Positions 25,418-32,000 of a DNA stretch of 32,000 bases are shown here, in pieces (position 1 is the stretch's first letter; each line of letters begins with the position of its first letter). The stretch is taken from positions 3,870,001-3,902,000 of the forward strand of contig JAIZWK010000001.1 of assembly GCA_021498095.1 (NCBI GenBank), given 5' to 3'. The position numbers and the translations under genes are program-made. The notes under the pieces are model-generated. The model ran no database searches, was not told the DNA's origin, and was given only the letters and a program-made list of their open reading frames with translations. Source of the DNA: Candidatus Harpocratesius repetitus. GTDB lineage: Archaea > Asgardarchaeota > Lokiarchaeia > Sigyniarchaeales > Promethearchaeaceae.

Positions 25418-28400
25418 TCACAATGCTTCCTTGTTCAAATACTCTTCATGTCTTTTGTAGTGTAACCATTGGCTAAAATAGTCAATAAAAAGAACGATTA
25501 GGAAAATAACACCGTATGAAACAAATATTGTTTCCCAATGACCATAAATTTGAAATAGTGCATCTTTTGGAATGTTGCTGGGTTGATTATTAATCAATAT
25601 CTGAAGATTAACATAACAAATAAACCAAGAATAAAAGTAGCCGATTATAGCCCCGATTATCCCAGATATTAAGAAAACTATAAAAAGTTCCAAAATATTG
25701 ATAAAAATCACTCTATTTCGACCAACACCTCTAAATAATAGCAAATTGGTAAAATATTCGTTTTCACGATTCATAATAATTATTGTTAAAGATAATTCAA
25801 TTGAAAGTAAAATTCCAATTAAAACAAAGTCTAAATTAATCAAACCATAAAATCCACTTGATCCAATAATTAAAGAATATCGAGCAACATCAATATCATT
25901 CCAATTAGGATCAAAAACATGATATTTTACGTTCTCACAATATTGAGTAATAAAAGGTTGAAATTTAAGATGAAGATTATCTAAATCTATTTCTGAATTC
26001 GGTGTTATATCCAATAATTCAATTATATCAGAAGCAAACCACTTAGTCTTTGAAATTTGCAAAGAAGACATGTCGATTATGATTGCAATTAACCCATAAA
26101 CATCAGTTTGATACATTCCAGGAGCATAATCAAGAGAATCCACAATTCGTAAAGAGAAAGTCTGATTAATAAACTGTTTTGTGTTAGAATTATAAATTTG
26201 CAAGGAATAATTAAACAGATCGCCAATCTCTCGGCCTGTAAAAGCGAGGAATTGTGAAGTAGTAATTACGTTTATTTCAGATAGGGAAGAAATATTATTT
26301 GAAGGTTGTTGTAGTAATTTTCGAATTTGCTGAGGATATGAAGGATAAATAAATGGTCTTTTATCTGAAGAAATTACAGAGAGATAATTTATTGGATCAA
26401 TCGCATATGTTTCTATAGGAATTTCTTGCATCTGAGACAAGTTAAGATTCCTAATATCTACCCAAGATCGATTAGAAACGAAAATATGAGAATATGTTTG
26501 AATTTCAAAATTATAATTTGATGAAAATTTAGAGGTTAAATTATCCTCAAAAGCTTGAAATTCATCTTGATTTTGAAAATTACTATTAATCATATGAATA
26601 TTTAAATCTGAACCCCAAAGAAATTGGTTATCAAAAATTTCATATCGATATTGAGAGTTAAATGCAAAATTAGTTATTGTAAGCATGGTACAAAAAATAG
26701 CCAAATAAATTGTTACACGAGCCCATTTCTTTTTTCTGATAATTTCTAAACTAACAATATGATCTAATCTTTTAGTAAATAAATGTGCAATTCGTTTTGC
26801 AAATCTCGCAAATCTTGAAGGTCTTTCGATAAGAAATAATCGTATTAAACCCGTAACAAAGAAACCAATGAAAAATAGTGAGAAAAAATGAAAGTAATAA
26901 ATATTCTCAACAATCTTATCACGATTATCTATAACGACATCTGAAACATTGAATCTGAATGCAATAAAAAGATAAGAATATAGAAAAATTGGAATAACAC
27001 CAACTATTATAAAAAGCCATGTAATTGGTTTGATTGAGTATTTCTCTATTTCAAAAAGATTTTCATAAACAAATTCTGATTTCTTTTTTCTTTTCCAAAT
27101 TTTTAACTTTCTTTTCCCTTTTTTTCCTAATTTAGATAAATTTTCTACTTTTTTTTCTTCAATTTTTTTATAATCTCGAATATATTGCTCAATCAACAGT
27201 TCATCTGCAGTTTTTTTCTTATCTCCTCCTTCAAATAGAACTTGTTCATCATAATTTAATGAAAGTTCTTCTACTTGTTGAATTGAACTAGATACATCTA
27301 AATATTCAATTTTTCCTACCATTATTATTTTTGGAATTAAAGCAATAGCATTAATCAAAATACCTAAAAGCAGAGTATACCAAAAATTATTCCATGTAAT
27401 TTCAGGAATTAGAAAAATCTTTGAAGTATTTAGGAATAAATCACCTAATAATCTGTGATATAAATAAAATGTCCCATATCCAATTATAGAACCTAGGACA
27501 GTACATATTACACCATTAACGACTCCTCCAATAAAGATTTGACTTTGAATTTGCGAAACGGATAAACCACGTAATTTTAATAAGATCAATTCTTCATTTG
27601 CTTTTTTTCCTCTAGCATCATTAATATTTCGACTAACGAGTAATGAAAAGACAATAACAGGAATTGAGAGAATTTGAATAGTTAAAAAGGATCTTCGAAT
27701 ATTTTCTTGAGTTATTTTCAGTTGATAAGAAAGTTTATCGATAACACCGACTTCGAATGGAAGAAAAATCGAAAGATTCCTGCTCTTTTGAGTAAGTGAA
27801 GTGCGATAAAAATATAGATTCTCAAATTGAATATTTTCTCGATTATAGAATAAAAGATAACCAGATTTTATAATTCCACTTTCTAAATAACCTCTATATA
27901 AATTATACTGAGCAACTCGATAATACCATTGTTGAATTGGATGGTTTATCAAATAATTGAAATTGCCGTACCAAAATACCAGATTCTGCTCTAATTGTTC
28001 AGGAAATATATATGTTTTATTATTAAGGTAATCTTCATATGTATAGGAATAAGTATATCGTTGATCCACGATGCGAAACCAATCATTTGTACAAAGATAA
28101 GTTCCAACAATGGTAATATTTTCTATTTTTTCTTGAAGAAAATCTACAACGGGCGGATTTGAATCAAAAGCGTTTCCAATAATTATTGAGATATTTGAAG
28201 TTTGATTAATATGATAATTATATCTTAATGCAAAATTATAATCTACTAATATTTCAGTTTCATTTTTAGGGACATGACCGTCTATTATTTTAAAATATGA
28301 ATTAAATCGTTGAGATCGATAAAAAACATCGTTAAAAATTCCAAATTTTACTCTTGAAGCATTCAATTTATGATAATAATCAAATTCACTTGTACAATTT

Positions 28401-28798
28401 GATGGAAAAACAGAAGAATAATTCTCTATTGTAATATAAGCAGAATCTAACCCAAATATTGCATAAGGTGCATATCCTTGTAAGTCTAAATTTGTAGTTC
28501 TTAATATATTCTCGACTTCTTCATTAGAGTGATTGAAATAATAATTATAATTGATATGAGGAATTGGGTCACCTTCATCATTAAATAAATCATAATGAAC
28601 CAAATCAATATCCGAAAAGAGCCAAAATGAATCTTGAAATTGGTATTTCTGAGCTGCTTCAAAAAAATAATTAAGACCAGATATTAAAGAAAGAGAAAGA
28701 CTAAAACATAACAGAATCATCCATTCGTTTTTCATTCGTTTTGGTGTGTTTTTAATGTAAAAATTAAAGAATTTAAAGGAAAATTTCTTATTCTCCAT
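25418..28798 (-). CDS. FtsX/MacB-like ABC transporter permease (two FtsX domains)
   Basis: ELILLKLRGLSVSQI and FTNLLLFRGVGRNRV FtsX motifs, each followed by TM helices. Large extracytoplasmic domains (GHVPKNETEILV, ITIVG). Confidence 0.88.
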   Translation of the reverse strand: MENKKFSFKFFNFYIKNTPKRMKNEWMILLCFSLSLSLISGLNYFFEAAQKYQFQDSFWLFSDIDLVHYDLFNDEGDPIPHINYNYYFNHSNEEVENILRTTNLDLQGYAPYAIFGLDSAYITIENYSSVFPSNCTSEFDYYHKLNASRVKFGIFNDVFYRSQRFNSYFKIIDGHVPKNETEILVDYNFALRYNYHINQTSNISIIIGNAFDSNPPVVDFLQEKIENITIVGTYLCTNDWFRIVDQRYTYSYTYEDYLNNKTYIFPEQLEQNLVFWYGNFNYLINHPIQQWYYRVAQYNLYRGYLESGIIKSGYLLFYNRENIQFENLYFYRTSLTQKSRNLSIFLPFEVGVIDKLSYQLKITQENIRRSFLTIQILSIPVIVFSLLVSRNINDARGKKANEELILLKLRGLSVSQIQSQIFIGGVVNGVICTVLGSIIGYGTFYLYHRLLGDLFLNTSKIFLIPEITWNNFWYTLLLGILINAIALIPKIIMVGKIEYLDVSSSIQQVEELSLNYDEQVLFEGGDKKKTADELLIEQYIRDYKKIEEKKVENLSKLGKKGKRKLKIWKRKKKSEFVYENLFEIEKYSIKPITWLFIIVGVIPIFLYSYLFIAFRFNVSDVVIDNRDKIVENIYYFHFFSLFFIGFFVTGLIRLFLIERPSRFARFAKRIAHLFTKRLDHIVSLEIIRKKKWARVTIYLAIFCTMLTITNFAFNSQYRYEIFDNQFLWGSDLNIHMINSNFQNQDEFQAFEDNLTSKFSSNYNFEIQTYSHIFVSNRSWVDIRNLNLSQMQEIPIETYAIDPINYLSVISSDKRPFIYPSYPQQIRKLLQQPSNNISSLSEINVITTSQFLAFTGREIGDLFNYSLQIYNSNTKQFINQTFSLRIVDSLDYAPGMYQTDVYGLIAIIIDMSSLQISKTKWFASDIIELLDITPNSEIDLDNLHLKFQPFITQYCENVKYHVFDPNWNDIDVARYSLIIGSSGFYGLINLDFVLIGILLSIELSLTIIIMNRENEYFTNLLLFRGVGRNRVIFINILELFIVFLISGIIGAIIGYFYSWFICYVNLQILINNQPSNIPKDALFQIYGHWETIFVSYGVIFLIVLFIDYFSQWLHYKRHEEYLNKEAL

Positions 28799-28909
28799 GT
28801 TTAATTTCTATATTTTTTTGAAGTATTTGAATTTTAACCGTTTCAATTAATTTTAATTCATTAATTTTAGTATTTCATCGATCTTTTTTTCTAAATTCAA
28901 AATTATTCA

Positions 28910-29146
28910 CTATTCTAAAAATATCACAATTTTTTGAACATTGATAAGGCGATATTTTTGAGAAGATGCATCGATTGTTTCCAATACTCCTACAACACGC
29001 ATTTTTGTCCCTATATAGCGTTCTATATTCTTTATAGAGGTTTTTAACTCGCATTTATAGAGGTTTTTTATAGAGGTTTTATAGAGGTTTTTAACCGAAG
29101 TATAACCAGATGAATTATTTTGGGATTTATCTGACATAAAACTCAT
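28910..29146 (-). CDS. Short OB-fold-like protein resembling the N-terminal part of RPA14/RPA3; possibly truncated
   Basis: SIKNIERYIGTKMRVVGVLETIDASSQKYRLIN matches the RPA14-like pattern I..+..+...V.+VG.+..+D...+.L. After TAG TGA the same frame gives a helix-like IILNLEKKIDEILKLMN*. Confidence 0.45.
   Translation of the reverse strand: MSFMSDKSQNNSSGYTSVKNLYKTSIKNLYKCELKTSIKNIERYIGTKMRVVGVLETIDASSQKYRLINVQKIVIFLE
29031..29095. repeat. Four copies of TATAGAGGTTTT inside the OB-like ORF
   Basis: Copies start at ~29033, ~29056, 29069 and 29080. They encode the KNLY/KTSI repeats in alternating frames. Confidence 0.85.
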
Positions 29147-29171
29147 TTAAAGATTTGATCTTTTAAAAATT

Positions 29172-30557
29172 CTACGATCTTATTACCTTTGATATTTTTT
29201 TTATATCTACATTAAATTCTTTTGCAAAATATTGCCGAATTTCTTTATCTACAGCGGTCAATAATGGAATCCGTGGACGAATCTCTCGCATAATTTCATT
29301 CAATGGTGCCCGGTATAATTTTTGTAAAACCAAAGAAATTTCATCATCTGGAATTGCTCGAATTCTAAAATATTTAGGAGGTTTAATTTTCTTTGTTTTA
29401 TTTGCTTTTATTTTTGAAGTTCTTGATGAGATATTTGAAGAAAGTTTAGCAAAACAAAGACCTCCTGATAAAATATCATAATAATAACTTAAATGTGCAT
29501 AATCTTGCGTTCTGCCAATATAACCTAGTATTTTATCAGCAAAAGCAAAGTTTTGATATCCATAAAAAAGCTCTTCTTTCTTTGTTAAAAAATTAAATAT
29601 ATTTTCATTCAACCATAAACCAATATTATTAAACGAGATATCTTTGCTTTCAATTTTATCTAAAGTTCGTTTTGCATCTTTGATAGTCTCTTGTTGAAAG
29701 AAATTAACCATCATTTCTTGAATATGACCTGCATGATCGCGTCTCATGTTAATTGCATCAAGTTGATCATCTTGAATTTTAAGTGTTCCTTGAACTAAAG
29801 CTTGTAAATCATTTATAGCAGATCGATAATCACCTTGAGATCTTTCTGCAATTTTCTTAATTTGCTCAGAAGAAATTTCTATATGTTCCTTTAATACAAT
29901 TTTCTTTAAAATTAATGAAATATGCTCAGGTTTTGCTGGAGTAAGTTCTAAAAGGGGAGAAGATAATTTATAAAGATCTCCAAATCTTCGATAATCTTTG
30001 AAATTACAAGTCATAATAACAGGGTAACGGGAAATAGATATAATTTTCTTAACTGCAGCGGCACCTCCTCTATCATTTCTTCCATGAATACCGTCTACTT
30101 CATCAATTAAGATCAATTTTCCCTTTACTTTCTGTGATGTAAAAGTCAATAAATTTGTATTTCTTACAGTTTCTCGCAATTTTTCATTAACTGCTTCTTC
30201 TGTTCGCACATCTGATGCATTCAATTCAATAACGCTTAAATTATAATCACGAGCGAGAGCATATACAATGGTTGTTTTTCCAACTCCAGGAGGTCCAATT
30301 AACATCGCAGCAGTTTTATTAGCAAGTTTACTTCTTATTGATTTAAATTTCAAATCTATTTTTCTATCAATTGAACCAGAAGAAGTTGCTCTTAGCTGTT
30401 TTTTGATTTCACGATACTTTTTCTGTAATTCTAAAAAATCATCTAAGAATTTTTGCAGTTTAGAAATTATATCTTCGAAACCAACCATATCTTTAGTTGT
30501 TTGAGGACGATACTTTTCAACCCAAGGGATATTATTTTCTTCCATTTTTTGTGTCAC
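29172..30557 (-). CDS. rfcL: Replication factor C large subunit
   Basis: PWVEKYRP, GPPGVGKTT, IELNASDVRT, LILIDEVDGIHGRNDRGG, PVIMTCN and GDYRSAINDLQ. Confidence 0.93.
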   Translation of the reverse strand: MTQKMEENNIPWVEKYRPQTTKDMVGFEDIISKLQKFLDDFLELQKKYREIKKQLRATSSGSIDRKIDLKFKSIRSKLANKTAAMLIGPPGVGKTTIVYALARDYNLSVIELNASDVRTEEAVNEKLRETVRNTNLLTFTSQKVKGKLILIDEVDGIHGRNDRGGAAAVKKIISISRYPVIMTCNFKDYRRFGDLYKLSSPLLELTPAKPEHISLILKKIVLKEHIEISSEQIKKIAERSQGDYRSAINDLQALVQGTLKIQDDQLDAINMRRDHAGHIQEMMVNFFQQETIKDAKRTLDKIESKDISFNNIGLWLNENIFNFLTKKEELFYGYQNFAFADKILGYIGRTQDYAHLSYYYDILSGGLCFAKLSSNISSRTSKIKANKTKKIKPPKYFRIRAIPDDEISLVLQKLYRAPLNEIMREIRPRIPLLTAVDKEIRQYFAKEFNVDIKKISKVIRS

Positions 30558-30565
30558 TTTTTTTA

Positions 30566-31648
30566 TTAATTAAAATTCATCTTTCCAATCATATTCATTT
30601 GTATTAATAGATTTAATAATTGGATTTCGTCACTTTGAGAATCTAATGCACCAAAATCAGTATTGGCAATCAATTCTAAATACAATGCTTGAACATGCGG
30701 TTCTAATGGCATATCTGCAATTCTCTTACTCATCTCAAATAAAATTTCATCTTTAGAAAGATTTTGATTCTGAAAGATAGAACGCACTTTAGTTCGGAGA
30801 GATTTTACATCACCTTGCATAGTTAAGGAAATCAAATTTAAAATTCCTCTATCTGTAATCATAGAATAAACCTTTGAAAGAGAATCTAGAGAAAGTTCAT
30901 TATATTTAATTTTAGTAATTTGAAGTAGATCAAGTGCTTTCCCAATGTTTTTCTCACTCATATGTCGAATATATTCGATCACATCTAATTTAATCGGTAT
31001 TTTTTCTTGATCACAAATAGTTTTAATCAATTTATTAAATTTAAAATCAGGAAGATATGGAACTAACAACAATTGACAACGGGAAACAATAGGGTCAATA
31101 ATGCTTGAGATCCGATCGGTTATTAAGATCATACGGCAATTACGTGAATATCTTTCCATAATTCTTCTAAATCCTTGTTGTTCGACATCTAAATCATGAA
31201 AGTTTTTAATGATTAAGATCTTAAAGGGTGATTTTCCGAATTTTTTTGTGCTTACAAATGGTCGAACGCGAATTTGGATAAAAGGACGAAAGTTTTTTTG
31301 TGATCCTGCACCTGAGCCAAGCATTTTTGATGAGACTCGCCCCTGTCGTTTTGATTCATTACGTTCTGCTTTCCCAATTGGATCATCTGCATATAAGATT
31401 TTGCTGTTCATTGTAAATTCTTTTCCCAGAATTTCTCGAGCAATTAACTCTCCAATCATTGTTTTTCCACTTCCTGGAGGACCAATTAACATTAAATGAG
31501 GAAAATTGTTAGATTGGATAAAACCCTTTAATTGTTCATATAATTTTGGGAATAAGTTCTTAATTTCACTTAGTTTTTTTGGGCGATATTTAATTCTCCA
31601 TATTGGACTATCTTCTTCAGACATTATATTAATTTTTGATGAACTCAA
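30566..31648 (-). CDS. rfcS: Replication factor C small-subunit paralog with degenerate Walker B
   Basis: PIWRIKYRP, FPHLMLIGPPGSGKT, FRRIME.YS.NCRMIL, PIVSRCQ (SRC arginine finger) and a C-terminal Rep_fac_C collar. KILIIKNFHDL stands where hhhhDEAD is expected. Confidence 0.88.
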   Translation of the reverse strand: MSSSKINIMSEEDSPIWRIKYRPKKLSEIKNLFPKLYEQLKGFIQSNNFPHLMLIGPPGSGKTMIGELIAREILGKEFTMNSKILYADDPIGKAERNESKRQGRVSSKMLGSGAGSQKNFRPFIQIRVRPFVSTKKFGKSPFKILIIKNFHDLDVEQQGFRRIMERYSRNCRMILITDRISSIIDPIVSRCQLLLVPYLPDFKFNKLIKTICDQEKIPIKLDVIEYIRHMSEKNIGKALDLLQITKIKYNELSLDSLSKVYSMITDRGILNLISLTMQGDVKSLRTKVRSIFQNQNLSKDEILFEMSKRIADMPLEPHVQALYLELIANTDFGALDSQSDEIQLLNLLIQMNMIGKMNFN

Positions 31649-32000
31649 TTTATTCCCTCCAATAAAATCATTAATTCTGAAATGAAACCATCAATTTGTA
31701 TTGTAGGATCAGCAGATAATGTCAAACGAAAATCAAATTCTCCGATTTTTGAAATAATCTCTTCTTTTTTGTATTTATCAAATTTTTGTTTTAAGATCCA
31801 ACTTAAAGTTTGCCGAAATAATCCTCGACTTGAATAACTTGGATTCTCTGCTAGAATATTCTTAACTTTTATAATATCTTCTTGATATAAAGCAGTAGAA
31901 AATTCTTTAAATGTTTTTAGAGGAAGAAATCCAGAAATTTGATACACAATATCAGGATGTAAAAATACTCTTTTTTTACTTTGATTTTCTTCAAAAACTA
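31645..32000 (-). CDS. rfcS: Second RFC small-subunit-like protein, C-terminal collar domain (5'-partial)
   Basis: The frame is open to the window edge (VFEENQSKKRVFLHPDIVYQISG...). IISKIGEFDFRLTLSADPTIQIDGFISEL is the Rep_fac_C signature. Its stop overlaps the next ATG. Confidence 0.75.
   Translation of the reverse strand, partial: VFEENQSKKRVFLHPDIVYQISGFLPLKTFKEFSTALYQEDIIKVKNILAENPSYSSRGLFRQTLSWILKQKFDKYKKEEIISKIGEFDFRLTLSADPTIQIDGFISELMILLEGIN

Noticed and set aside
21065-31499. ORFs 21065..21277, 23757..24011, 30268..30504, 31209..31499
   Set aside because: These are alternative-frame or antisense shadows inside supported CDSs.

Overview
AT-rich (about 25-30% GC by spot counts) archaeal DNA, most likely from an Asgard archaeon of the Lokiarchaeia/Promethearchaeota type. 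This is inferred from the archaeal RFC genes, a coiled-coil RING protein, TPR-like proteins, a very large FtsX permease and DUF6125; it was not checked by search. Bases 1 to ~14,000 form an accessory, partly decayed defence island. It holds two Schlafen/AlbA_2 paralogs (one broken), two membrane-anchored proteins that share the Schlafen proteins' C-terminal beta-rich domain, a type IIG restriction-modification gene, an AbiTii-PD-(D/E)XK nuclease fusion and an ABC-ATPase/TOPRIM (OLD/PARIS-like) nuclease. It also has several pseudogenes and three clusters of non-coding palindromes or iteron-like repeats around three small orphan genes, which may be a replicon remnant. Bases ~14,300 to 32,000 look like core chromosome: LMW phosphatase, AGPS-like FAD oxidoreductase plus CCG Fe-S protein, a GC-rich frameshifted LRR-like gene, DUF6125 preceded by a 60-bp tandem array with a 240-bp higher-order unit, pseudo-HAD, TPR-like, RING, EamA, FtsX, an RPA14-like OB fragment and three adjacent RFC genes, one with a degenerate Walker B. 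I saw no rRNA, tRNA, CRISPR array, integrase or transposase. All family assignments come from motif recognition by eye; no database search was run.
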